Below are positions 1 through 9,291 of a stretch of DNA of 64,000 bases, piece after piece (position 1 is the stretch's first letter; each line of letters starts with the position of its first letter). This DNA is from Thermoanaerobaculia bacterium. GTDB taxonomy: Bacteria > Acidobacteriota > Thermoanaerobaculia > Multivoradales > UBA5704. A program made the translations under genes and the position numbers. The stretch covers positions 64,147 to 128,146 of the forward strand of contig DASZZP010000038.1 of the NCBI GenBank assembly GCA_035544875.1. Direction: 5' to 3'. Under the pieces are notes generated by a model that saw only the letters and a program-made list of their open reading frames with translations, was not told the DNA's origin and did no database searches.

Positions 1-183
1 GAGATCCAGGCGCGCATCTGGGAGCCCTTCTTCACCACCAAGGCGGTCGGCGAGGGGACCGGCCTCGGCCTCGACATCGCCCTGCGCATCGTGGTCCGCC
101 GCCACGGCGGCACCCTCACTATGAGCTCGGTCCCCGGCGACACCCGCTTCGTGGTGCGCCTCCCGCTCGCCGCCGGAGGATGA
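1..183 (+). CDS. Sensor histidine kinase, C-terminal HATPase_c fragment; the 5' end lies outside the window
   Basis: The frame-1 translation [14 protein letters not shown]...[13 protein letters not shown]...TLTMSS is the G2/G3 box of a histidine-kinase ATP-binding domain. The stop TGA is at 181-183. Confidence 0.8.
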   Translation, partial: EIQARIWEPFFTTKAVGEGTGLGLDIALRIVVRRHGGTLTMSSVPGDTRFVVRLPLAAGG

Positions 184-548
184 CGTGGTCCGCGCGAGCT
201 GTTCTTGGAGCACCTGGAGATGATCGAGAAGGCGACCGAGCTCGCCTGCCGGCGGCACTGCCTGTCGCAGTACTCTCTGTCGGATATTTCGTTCCTGACT
301 AAATCGAGCGTCCCTCTCCCGCCGCCGGCCGCCCACTTCCCTTGTAGGGGTTCACCGGCAGTGGCTGTGGTAGCCCCTGACCACCGACCCCGGAAAGGGA
401 CCGTATCTCTATGTCTCTGCATGATTTACTCCGCCACCTGCGAGTGCTGTTCTCGCATCTTGCGGGCTGGAGTTCCGCCGCACAGCCCGACTCTGGCGGC
501 GCAATGGACCCTGACGGCTAGACCTCCCTCGAGCTTCAGCCGTTTCCT

Positions 549-580
549 GGCGCCGGTGCCGTGCCGGCGCCTCTTTTTTC
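549..580 (+). terminator. Rho-independent terminator: the stem GGCGCCGG/CCGGCGCC with loop tgccgtg, followed by TCTTTTTTC
   Basis: Seen directly: a perfect 8-bp GC stem followed by a 6-T run. It sits about 70 nt upstream of the RBS of the 654..2012 gene, so it could also be an attenuator. Confidence 0.7.
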
Positions 581-653
581 GTCCGTGGGTGTCACATAAA
601 TCAGTTCAGCGGTAACTGTACAAGTGATGGCTTCATCGTCCGGAGGGTAGGGA

Positions 654-2012
654 ATGCCCGAGCAGTGGCATCTGACGGAGGAGCTGTTTCGCCGCTTCCT
701 GGAGCGCACGACGACCAGCCACGAGGGTAAGAAGATCCTGCGCCACCTCTTGCACCGGTGCGACCGCTGCGCCGTCCTTGCAAGACGCGTCGCGCTCGAG
801 GCGCACATCTTCCCCGAGCGCCAGAAGATCGATCTAGATCAACTTGCGCATGCATTCAAAGACGCGATCGACTTCGGAACCAGCGCGGCCCGGCGCATCG
901 CCCTGGAGAGGCTCGAGGGATGGGGACTCTGGTCCTACCTGGAACCGTTCTCCCCGGAAGAGCGAGCCTCGCTCGTGCGCTCGGATGCCGGCCTGCAGAC
1001 TTGGGGTTTGCACCAGCGGTTGCTCGAAGCCAGCCAGGGATACATCAGGTCGGACCCCGCCGAGGCAGTCGACATCCTGCAGTTGGCGGTCGAAGTCGCC
1101 GGCCGAATCGATCCCGAGACGGTCGCCGGCCAGGAAAGAAAGCAAGACCTCCTTGCAGAAGCCCTCGCCTCGCTCGCCAACGCGCAACGGATCGCTTCCG
1201 ATTTCGAGGGCGCTCGAGCCTCGCTCAACGATGCGTGGCTGCACTATGGCGAAGGGACGGGCGATCCGCTGACCAAGGCCCACATCATCAACCTGGAGGC
1301 AAACTGGCTCCGGGATATGGGCGAGTTCGAGACGGCCGAAGCCGCGCTTCAAGAAGCCCTGGCGATCTACAAGAAGATCGACGATCCGCACCAGCAAGGG
1401 CGCATCCTGCTCAAGATGGGGGCAGCGATCGGTTACGTCGATCCTCCGAAGTGCATTGCTCTCACGCGGGAAGCCCTGCGCCTCATCGACCGCGCGGTCG
1501 AGCCGCGGCTCGAGCTCTGCGCCCAGCACAACCTTGCCTGGTTCTTCGCCCAGGCTGGCGAGGGACAGCTCGCGCTCGACGTTCTGGATCGCGCCCGTCC
1601 GCTCTATCGCCAGTTCCCCGACCGCTATACCCAGCTTAGGCTTCACTGGCTGGAAGGAAAAATCGCCCGCAACCTGGGCCAGCTTGGAAGCGCACTCCAC
1701 ATCTTCCGCCTGCTCTGGGAACAGTTCCGTGCCCGCGATCTTCACCATGAGACCCTGCTGGTCTCGATCGATCTTGCCGAAACCTACGTGGCGCGCGGCG
1801 CCTTTGAACCTGCCGAAAAACTCGTGAGAGAAGTCTACCCGATCATGGCATCGTGGAAGCTGCACCGCCACGCTCTGGCTGCCTGGCTCGTGCTGCAAGA
1901 AGCGCTGGAGCTGCGCCAGATCGATGGTGTCTTCGATCGCCTGCAACTCTATTACCGGCGTTACTGGAACAAGGCGGTCGAGTTCGGCGATCGCCAAGAA
2001 TCTGGTCAGTGA
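654..2012 (+). CDS. Hypothetical TPR-like helical-repeat protein (452 aa)
   Basis: A GGAGGG RBS lies 8 nt upstream of the ATG. The composition is protein-like and the repeats are helical (LEAL..AL.IYKKIDDP, LAE.Y.ARGAFE.AEKL). The overlapping 387-aa ORF on the minus strand is an antisense artefact. Confidence 0.6.
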   Translation: MPEQWHLTEELFRRFLERTTTSHEGKKILRHLLHRCDRCAVLARRVALEAHIFPERQKIDLDQLAHAFKDAIDFGTSAARRIALERLEGWGLWSYLEPFSPEERASLVRSDAGLQTWGLHQRLLEASQGYIRSDPAEAVDILQLAVEVAGRIDPETVAGQERKQDLLAEALASLANAQRIASDFEGARASLNDAWLHYGEGTGDPLTKAHIINLEANWLRDMGEFETAEAALQEALAIYKKIDDPHQQGRILLKMGAAIGYVDPPKCIALTREALRLIDRAVEPRLELCAQHNLAWFFAQAGEGQLALDVLDRARPLYRQFPDRYTQLRLHWLEGKIARNLGQLGSALHIFRLLWEQFRARDLHHETLLVSIDLAETYVARGAFEPAEKLVREVYPIMASWKLHRHALAAWLVLQEALELRQIDGVFDRLQLYYRRYWNKAVEFGDRQESGQ

Positions 2013-3358
2013 TCGCGGAAGAGGTCGCCATATTTGAGCGGTTCGCCGTGCTCCCAGGGGCGGTAGCTGTTGCAGAAGTCGATGCGTTCGCCGAGCGGCG
2101 GATGGCTCGACCGCCAGAGCTTGTAGAGCAGGCTTGGCCGCGGGTAGCCGAGGTTCTCGTGCTGCAGCGCGACGAAAGCGGTCGCGGCGGCATGATTGTC
2201 GCGGGTCAGCTCGAGGCCGAAGCGGTCCGCCTCGTGCTCGAGGTGGCGCGAGAAGGCGAGCGCGAGCGGAGCGAAGAGCAGGAAGAACACCCCGAAGAAC
2301 AGCGACAGCAGCGGCAGCGATGCCACGTCGGCAAGCTCGCCGAAGCCGAAGCGGGCACGCCAGCGGGCGATGAGGCCGCCGGCGGTGCGGTGGATGACAT
2401 AGAGCCCCAGCAAGATGAGCGCCGCGGCGAAGACGATTCCCTGCAGCGTGTGGCCGAGCACGTAGTGCCCCATCTCGTGCCCCATTACGAAGAGCAGCGG
2501 CGAGCGGTCGAGCTTGGCGATGATGGTGTCCCAGAGCACGATGCGCTTGGTGTCGCCCAGCCCGCTCACATAGGCGTTGACCTCCTTGGTGTCGACGCTC
2601 TTGCGCACCTCGAAGACCCGGCTGCCCTCGATCCCCGCGCGACTGGCAAGGGCCAGGATCTGCGACTCGAGCTGCTTGTCCTTCATCGGGCCGAAGTCAT
2701 TGAACAGCGGCTCGATCCAGATCGGGCTGACCAGCAGCAGGAAGACCAGGAACGGCACCGCGGCCAGCCCCGTGTAAAGCCACCAGCGGCGCGGGCTCTT
2801 GGCGAGCAGCAGGTACGGCACCCAGAGGAAGATCACGCCGCCGACGAGACCGACCGCGAGTCCCTTGAGCGAGTCGGAAAACCATTTGGCGAAGGTCTGG
2901 TTCGAGAGCCCATAGTCGTGCTGGCGCACGAACCCCGCATAGTAGGCGAGCGGCCAGTCGAGCAAGTAGCTCACGAGGCTCCAGAAAACGAAGTAGAGCG
3001 CCACGACAAAGAACCACTTCCGGCCCAGGCGCTGCGCCCAGCCGCGCAGCCGGGCCGAGAACCCGGTGAATAGAAAGAGCGCCGGCACGGCGACGCCCCA
3101 GAGGACGTCGACCACCCACAGCACGTTGCCGGAACGGTGGTAGCGCGTCGCCTTCTCGTCCGGCTCGGGCACCGCGACCGGCGCGCTCGCCCTGCCGGCA
3201 GCCTGCGCGTCGGTGCTGCCGGCGGCTGGCGCCGGGCCGGCGGCGGCAAGCGGCCCCGCCGACAGCACCACCGCCTGAGCCGGCGGCGGAGCCAGGGCCC
3301 AGCTGGCCGGCAGGAGGACGACAGACTGGATGCAGGCAAGCCTCGTCAGGCGTTCCAT
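2006..3358 (-). CDS. M48-family (Ste24/HtpX-like) zinc metalloprotease, membrane-bound and secreted
   Basis: It has an HEMGHYVLGH (HExxH) motif, multiple transmembrane segments, an N-terminal signal peptide and the downstream glutamate ligand HLEHEADRFG. Confidence 0.85.
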   Translation of the reverse strand: MERLTRLACIQSVVLLPASWALAPPPAQAVVLSAGPLAAAGPAPAAGSTDAQAAGRASAPVAVPEPDEKATRYHRSGNVLWVVDVLWGVAVPALFLFTGFSARLRGWAQRLGRKWFFVVALYFVFWSLVSYLLDWPLAYYAGFVRQHDYGLSNQTFAKWFSDSLKGLAVGLVGGVIFLWVPYLLLAKSPRRWWLYTGLAAVPFLVFLLLVSPIWIEPLFNDFGPMKDKQLESQILALASRAGIEGSRVFEVRKSVDTKEVNAYVSGLGDTKRIVLWDTIIAKLDRSPLLFVMGHEMGHYVLGHTLQGIVFAAALILLGLYVIHRTAGGLIARWRARFGFGELADVASLPLLSLFFGVFFLLFAPLALAFSRHLEHEADRFGLELTRDNHAAATAFVALQHENLGYPRPSLLYKLWRSSHPPLGERIDFCNSYRPWEHGEPLKYGDLFRDH

Positions 3359-3562
3359 GGCGGGGGCCTCCTCTCTCCCTCTCTAGCGGTCTCTGCCAAC
3401 TCTACCCGTCTCTTCTCGTTCCTTGTCGTCCCTTCCTCCCCTTCCTCCCTCCTCGCCTTTCCTGCGCTCGCACCTTCATCCTACCCTCTCGCCCGGGCGC
3501 CGCCTCGCACCGGCCGAAAGCGCGGGTTCAGGAGCGGCGGCGCGCACCCGGTCGGAACGAGC

Positions 3563-6178
3563 TCAGGGAGCGGCAACCACCGACAGATCCGAGAATGCCC
3601 ACGACCAGAGAGGGAAGGAAGCGTGACCGAGTCGATCGCGCCCCAGGCCCAGTGCCGCTGGCGCGGCACTTCCGGGAGCCAACGGCGTGCTCAGCCGCAC
3701 CAGCGACGCTGCCGGCCCCGCCACCACCAGGCTCGCCACGGAGTCGCGTCGCTCGTAGCGCAGCCGCATGTGGACCCAGCGTTCGCCGCCGAGCGTCCAA
3801 GCCGTTTCGGAAGCGCCCTGTCGAGTCACGAGCAGCACGGCGCAGGCGCGGCTCGCCGCGCCGTCCCGGCCTCTCGTCGAGCCGCCGCCGCGCTCGTCCG
3901 GGCCACGCAGGGAGACCCGCGCCAGCTCCGAGCGATTCCCGTCTTGCAGCGTCACCACGTCGTAGACCGCGTTGCTCTCCAGGTCGCCGGAGCGCAGGTC
4001 GAAGGCGACGTCCAACGACCCGGCGGCGGCGCTCGCAGCCGGCAGCGAGAAGGTGCGAAACGAGCGCCCCGGGCTCGGCTCGAAGAAGGCGCCGGGAAGG
4101 AGGCGCAGCAGCTCGCCCCCAGGCATCGATCTCTCCTGGCTCCGCCTTTGGCCCCGCCAGCCCTCTCGGATCTGCCGGCCCTCTAGGCCCTGCCCGGCGT
4201 CCTGGTCCCGCCGCCCCTCCCGCCCTTGCCACCGCTCGAGTCCCTCCCACCCCTCCAGCCCCGCGACCTGCCGGCGCAGGGCGGCCGCGGCCGGGTAGCC
4301 GCTGCCGGCCAGCTGGTCGAGCAGGCGCCGCGCCTGGCGCGGCTCTCCCGCCTCCCAGCTCTCGAGCATCGCCAGGTAGCGGTAGGCGTCGGCCAGACCG
4401 GTGTGCTCGGCGCGCTCGCTCGCGAGCGCCGATCGCGGCCCTTCCGATGGCGCTTCGGGGCGGGCGAAGCGGTGCCGAGGGTCGTTCCACTGCTCGGCGA
4501 TCTCCTGCCAGGCCGCCCGCTCGCCGGCCTCGGGGTGCGGACCCAGGGCCAGACGCCCTTGGAGGACGAGCGCGATGCCGGCGACCGCCAGCAGCCCGGT
4601 CCGCAGCACGAGCGGGCCGCGCAGCCGCAACAGCAGACAACAGGTGCCTGCCAGCAACGTCCCCATCAGGGTCAGGGTGAGCGCGACGCCCAGCGATCGC
4701 CGGACGCCGGGAAGACCGGCGAAGTAGTTGTGCAGGCGGCCGCCGAGGGCCGACCGCAGCGCTCGCGCCCGGGCCTCGGCCGGGTCGTCCACGACCCCGC
4801 TCGCCCACCCCTCCGCCCCTCCCGACGAGGGGACGCCGCGCACCACCAGCGACAGGTCCTGGACCTGGCGCCAATAGAGATTGGCGACGAAGCATCCCCA
4901 GCCGCAGAGCGCGGCAAGTGCCACGATGAGCGCCCGCCGCCCCAGCCTCGAGCTCGGCGGGGCAGGCTGGATCGGCGAGACGGCTCGCCCCGCCGCGGCG
5001 AGATTGGCGAGGCCAATGGCGAGCAGCGGCACGCAGGAGGTCATCCGGCGGGCTCCAAATGAATGACCGCCCCACCAGTCGCGCACCGCGGCGCTGAGGT
5101 AGACCTCCACCGCCAGCACCGCGAGCGCCGCGATCCGCCAGTGCGGCGACAGCCGGCAGCGCCAGGGCAGCAGCAGCCCGGCCGCCGCCAGCGCAAAGAG
5201 CGGCGACCAGGTGAGCAGCCCGGAGTGGCCGGAAAGCAGGAAGTCGGCCAGGCGCGGCGCGGTCCAGCGCATGTACCCCTCGCCCTGCGGCACGGTCAGC
5301 CAGGAACCATACTCGAGGTGCCAGGCGTGAAGCTGCAGCGAGGCCACCACCGCGCCGCCAGCCGCCACCGCGGCCAGCAGCAGGGCCAGCCTCGGCAGGG
5401 CGCGGCGGCCGACGACGAGGAGGGGAGCCAGCGGCACCCAGAGGAGCAGCGCGAAGACCGCATCCTGCCAGCGCACCAGGAAGACCAGGCCGAGGGCCAC
5501 CCCGGCCAGGAGCGCGCAGCCGACTGCCGCGCCGGGGTGGCGGCCAGCGCTTCGGTCCCAGGCGCACACCTCGCGCTCCAGCCAGAGCAAACACGCCACG
5601 AACAGGCAGGTGGCCAGAGCGCTTGGCAGGTGGGCCATGGTGTAGACCGCCGGTCCATAGACCGCCAGCGGCGTGGCGGCCAGCAGCGCCACCGTGGCCA
5701 GCAGCGCCAGGCGGGGGTCGCTCCCCGTGCTCTCCAGCAGGCGGACCAGGAAGCAAGCGATCCCCGCCAGGAAGGCGAGCGACAGCAGGTGGAGCGCGGC
5801 GAGCTGCGCCCGGCTCCAGCGCCGGACCACGGCTGGCGGCGCCGCCGCCGGGCGCAACGGCAGGGCAGCGACGTAGGCCGGCAGCCAGAGCGCCGCCGGG
5901 CCGATGCTGAAGGTGTTCTTGAGGCTGCCGGAGGGGACGGTCGCGGTGAGAAAGGTCTGCAGGTCGCGCGGCGTCAGCTGGGAGTGCAGCGCATCGTTGC
6001 GCAGGTCGAGGTCGCCGTCCTCCACCAGCGACGAGGCCTGCAGTAGGTAGTAGGTGTCGTCCCAGCCGGTCCGTGTGCGGACCTCGCCGAACCCCCAGGA
6101 AAACGCGAAGACCAGGGCGGTAACCTTCAGCGGGGCGCGCCACGCTTGGAGCGCGGGACAGCGGTCCAGGACCGACAC
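3563..6178 (-). CDS. Polytopic membrane glycosyltransferase, GT39/GT83-like (PMT/ArnT family), with a C-terminal soluble domain
   Basis: The N-terminal half has more than 10 hydrophobic helices and a GWDDTYY motif in the first loop. The same-length ORF at 3528..6143 in another frame is a Pro/Arg/Gly-rich artefact. Confidence 0.65.
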   Translation of the reverse strand: MSVLDRCPALQAWRAPLKVTALVFAFSWGFGEVRTRTGWDDTYYLLQASSLVEDGDLDLRNDALHSQLTPRDLQTFLTATVPSGSLKNTFSIGPAALWLPAYVAALPLRPAAAPPAVVRRWSRAQLAALHLLSLAFLAGIACFLVRLLESTGSDPRLALLATVALLAATPLAVYGPAVYTMAHLPSALATCLFVACLLWLEREVCAWDRSAGRHPGAAVGCALLAGVALGLVFLVRWQDAVFALLLWVPLAPLLVVGRRALPRLALLLAAVAAGGAVVASLQLHAWHLEYGSWLTVPQGEGYMRWTAPRLADFLLSGHSGLLTWSPLFALAAAGLLLPWRCRLSPHWRIAALAVLAVEVYLSAAVRDWWGGHSFGARRMTSCVPLLAIGLANLAAAGRAVSPIQPAPPSSRLGRRALIVALAALCGWGCFVANLYWRQVQDLSLVVRGVPSSGGAEGWASGVVDDPAEARARALRSALGGRLHNYFAGLPGVRRSLGVALTLTLMGTLLAGTCCLLLRLRGPLVLRTGLLAVAGIALVLQGRLALGPHPEAGERAAWQEIAEQWNDPRHRFARPEAPSEGPRSALASERAEHTGLADAYRYLAMLESWEAGEPRQARRLLDQLAGSGYPAAAALRRQVAGLEGWEGLERWQGREGRRDQDAGQGLEGRQIREGWRGQRRSQERSMPGGELLRLLPGAFFEPSPGRSFRTFSLPAASAAAGSLDVAFDLRSGDLESNAVYDVVTLQDGNRSELARVSLRGPDERGGGSTRGRDGAASRACAVLLVTRQGASETAWTLGGERWVHMRLRYERRDSVASLVVAGPAASLVRLSTPLAPGSAAPAALGLGRDRLGHASFPLWSWAFSDLSVVAAP

Positions 6179-6297
6179 GGCCGATCCTAGCCTACCGGCT
6201 CCTCTTCATCGCTCTCGCCCGGTGGTCGATCCTGTAGGAGCCGCCGGCCGCCGGGCCGAGCTCCCGGCGCACTCGCTGTCTAGCTTTGGCCCGTGGG

Positions 6298-9045
6298 TCA
6301 GAATACCAGCCGCAAGCCCACTTCGTAGCGCCGCGGCTGCTGGAAGTCGGTGGCGGCGCCGAGCGGCACCTGGTCGGCGCTGGTGTCCCCCCCGCAACCG
6401 CCGGCGAACTGGCAGACCGCGGTCGGCCGCTGGCTCGAGAGAACGTTCTCGATGGTGCCGATCAGCTCTGCGCTGAGCGGTCCCAGGCGGAACGCCTTGC
6501 GCAGCTCGAGCTCCAGGGTGTAGCTGCTGTTCGCGCGCCGGCTGCCGCGCGGCTCCAGGAACTGGGTGCCATAGAGCGGCGGGTCGAGGTTCTGCAGCAC
6601 GCTGTAGGAGAAGGGCGACTCGTAGAGGGCGTTGAAGCCGGCCGAGAATCCGAGCGGCAGCTTGACGAAGCCCTTGACCTTCAACCGGTGCCGGCGGTCA
6701 TCGCTCAAGAAGCCATAGGTATTGACGAAGTGGACCGGGAAGACGTCGAAGTCGGGACCCGAACCCTGGGTGTACTCGACGCTGCCGCGTGACAGCGAGT
6801 AGGCGTAGGAAGCGACCAGGTAGAGGCGGTCGGCGGCGCGGGTCTCGAAGCGCAGCAGCAGCCCGTGATAGTCGCGCCGGGCGGCCGCCGGGTTGGTCAT
6901 CACCAGGTAGGGGCAGTGCACCAGCCCGGGGTCCGCCGTCGGCGTGGGGACGTTCTCGCTGCAGGTGTCCTCCAGGATGTGGCGCGTCTTCTTGTAGACG
7001 TAGGTGAGCTCGATCGAGCTGCGAGAAGCGAGCTGGCGCTGCAGCCCGAGCGTGAGCTCGTCGGCCGCGGCCGGCTGCAGCCGGGGGTCGACCCGGTTGG
7101 GCATGCTGCTCAGCACGTCGAAGAAGGCGTAGCCTGCCGGGTCGCGGTGCAGCGGGTCGGCGATGACCGCTCCGCCGTGGGCGGTGGCATAGCCCCGGCA
7201 CAGCGCCGCGACCTGCGCCGGATCGGCGACGCCAGGCGCGACGACGTCCGAGCACGAGACATAGCGGGTGGTCGGCGCCAGGCTCAGCCGCGCATAGAAG
7301 GGCAGCGAGAGCGCGCTCGGGTGCATGAACCGCCCGTAGCTGCCGCGCAGCAGGGTGTGGGCGTCGCCGAGCAGATCCCAGGCGAAGCCGAACCGCGGCT
7401 GCAGCGCGCTGAGGTTGGCGACGGCGTTGCCGGCCTCGTTGTGGTAGCCGACCGCGTCGTAGCGCAGGCCGAGCTTCACCGTCAGCGACGGCAGCAGGCG
7501 CCAGCCGTCCTGGAGGTAGGCGGCGGCGAGGTCGCCGGTGTAGCTCTTCGCCGGCAGCACCGGCGTCACGCTGAACAGGAAGGGGCCGCCCTGGCTCGAG
7601 TCGTCGACATAGGAGGCGCCGCCGACCGTGTTGTTGAGGGCATCGAGCGCCAGGCGGCCGTAGGAGAATCCAGCCTTGAACTCGTGCCCGCCGCCGCCCC
7701 AGCCCCCGCCGTCCGGCGCGGCCGGGCCGGCGGCGAACCAGGTCAAGCTGGTCTGCCCCTCGGCGCGCTCGCGGGTCGAGGACTGGACGTTGGCGGCGTT
7801 GACCGAGCTGATCTGGGTCGCCTGGTCGAAGACCCCCGGCGTCGCCAGGTCGCCGCTCGCCGGCGCATCGAAGATCCGGCGCCGGTTGACTCCCGCCTGC
7901 AGCTCCCAGAGCAGGTTGCTGCCCAGGGTGGCCGACAGCTCCCCCTGGGAGATGACCGAGCTCTGCCTCTCGGTCGCCGCCGCCGCCGGCTCGACGAACT
8001 GGCTGGCGTTGAAGTTGGTGTTGGTGAACGGCGTCGAGGAAGCCTTGAAGACCGCCCGCCATTGCGGGTCGATCTGCCAGCTCAGCTTGCCGAGGTAGTC
8101 CTCGCCGCGCAGGGTGTTGGCGGTCGGCGACAGGAACGGCGTCGTCGCCTGCTCTTGATACTCCGCCGAGGTGAAGAACCAGAGGCGGTCGAGCAGGACC
8201 GGACCGCCCAGGGTCGCGGCCGGCAGGATGAAGGTACTCTTGTCCCGGCTGGGGTCGAAGTGCGGCCCCTTCTCGCTCAGGGCGCTGGTCCGGTAGCGGG
8301 TGTCGAAGGTGCCGGAGAAGGAGTTGCCTCCCGACTTGGTGATGAGGTTGACGACGCCGCCGGTGGCGCGGCCATATTCCGCCTCGAAGCCGGCGGTGAA
8401 GAACGAGATCTCCTGGATGGCGTCGAAGTTGAAGTTGGTTCCCAGGGTGGCGGTGAAGGGATCGGTCGTGTCGAGGCCGTCGATCAGGTAGACGTTCTCG
8501 CCGACCGTCGAGCCGAAGACGTGGGGGTCGGAGTTGAGCTCGGAGAAGCCGACTCCCGCCGCCGAGCCGATCACCGACTGGTAGAGGCGGTCGTCGGCGC
8601 CGATCGAAGAGCGGTCCATGAACTCGGCGGTGAAGACCTGCCCGGTCGCCACCTGCAGCGGATCGAGCACCGGCGGCTCGGCGGTGACCGTCAGCTGCTC
8701 GGCCAGCTCGCCCGCTTCGAGCCGCGGAAAGACCGCGGTCGTGCGGTCGAGGAAAACGCGCACCTTGGCCAGCTCGATGCTCCGGAACCCGGAAAGCTCG
8801 GCCTTGACCCGGTAGAGGCCCGGATCGAGGCTGGGAAAGAGGAAACTGCCGTCGGCGCCCGTGCGGGTGCTGCGCGCGCCGCCGATCAGCGCCGGCGAGG
8901 AGGCGGTGACGGTGACCCCCGGCAGCGCCTCGCCCGCCGGGTCCTTGACCGTCCCGATCAGCTTGCCGCTCGAGGAGGCGCGCGCCTCCTGGCCGAGCAG
9001 CGCGCCGAGTGCGGCCAGCGCCAGCGCCAGGCGATCGACTCTCAT
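6298..9045 (-). CDS. TonB-dependent-receptor-like outer-membrane protein with an N-terminal CarboxypepD_reg domain
   Basis: The signal peptide is MRVDRLALALAALGALLGQEARA. It is followed by GTVKDPAGEALPGVTVTA...DGSFLFPSLDPGLYRV (CarboxypepD_reg), a TonB plug and barrel (ENVYLIDGLDTTDP, GGVVNLITKSG) and a C-terminal aromatic residue. I moved the start to the internal Met at 9045 (RBS GGGGGGA). Confidence 0.8.
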   Translation of the reverse strand: MRVDRLALALAALGALLGQEARASSSGKLIGTVKDPAGEALPGVTVTASSPALIGGARSTRTGADGSFLFPSLDPGLYRVKAELSGFRSIELAKVRVFLDRTTAVFPRLEAGELAEQLTVTAEPPVLDPLQVATGQVFTAEFMDRSSIGADDRLYQSVIGSAAGVGFSELNSDPHVFGSTVGENVYLIDGLDTTDPFTATLGTNFNFDAIQEISFFTAGFEAEYGRATGGVVNLITKSGGNSFSGTFDTRYRTSALSEKGPHFDPSRDKSTFILPAATLGGPVLLDRLWFFTSAEYQEQATTPFLSPTANTLRGEDYLGKLSWQIDPQWRAVFKASSTPFTNTNFNASQFVEPAAAATERQSSVISQGELSATLGSNLLWELQAGVNRRRIFDAPASGDLATPGVFDQATQISSVNAANVQSSTRERAEGQTSLTWFAAGPAAPDGGGWGGGGHEFKAGFSYGRLALDALNNTVGGASYVDDSSQGGPFLFSVTPVLPAKSYTGDLAAAYLQDGWRLLPSLTVKLGLRYDAVGYHNEAGNAVANLSALQPRFGFAWDLLGDAHTLLRGSYGRFMHPSALSLPFYARLSLAPTTRYVSCSDVVAPGVADPAQVAALCRGYATAHGGAVIADPLHRDPAGYAFFDVLSSMPNRVDPRLQPAAADELTLGLQRQLASRSSIELTYVYKKTRHILEDTCSENVPTPTADPGLVHCPYLVMTNPAAARRDYHGLLLRFETRAADRLYLVASYAYSLSRGSVEYTQGSGPDFDVFPVHFVNTYGFLSDDRRHRLKVKGFVKLPLGFSAGFNALYESPFSYSVLQNLDPPLYGTQFLEPRGSRRANSSYTLELELRKAFRLGPLSAELIGTIENVLSSQRPTAVCQFAGGCGGDTSADQVPLGAATDFQQPRRYEVGLRLVF

Positions 9046-9291
9046 CGCAAATCCCCCCACTGAGGCGCGCTGCGTGCGCGCCCGGGTCTGATTCCTCGAT
9101 TCTATGGGCTTGCCCCGCCGCCGGCGTAAGCGGGAAGAGCGAGCTCGCGAATGAAAACCTCGCGCCCGACAGAACTTGCGCAACCGGACGCCCAGGGAAT
9201 ACCCATCGTCGAGTGCCGGGTTGCGAGCCTTCATGGCGGCCTGGACGGCGAGCAGAGAGCGGACCGTGGCCCACGCCGGCACCGGCCGGCC

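Noticed and set aside
834-1997. 387-aa ORF antisense to the TPR-like gene
   Set aside because: It is an antisense open frame, common in high-GC DNA. It has no RBS, and the sense frame has the better protein-like composition and start context.
3528-6143. Second 871-aa ORF on the minus strand, overlapping the glycosyltransferase in another frame
   Set aside because: Its composition is extremely Arg/Pro/Gly/Ala-rich, with no hydrophobic helices or motifs. It is a typical alternate-frame artefact of a 70% GC gene. The 3563..6178 frame has coherent TM topology.
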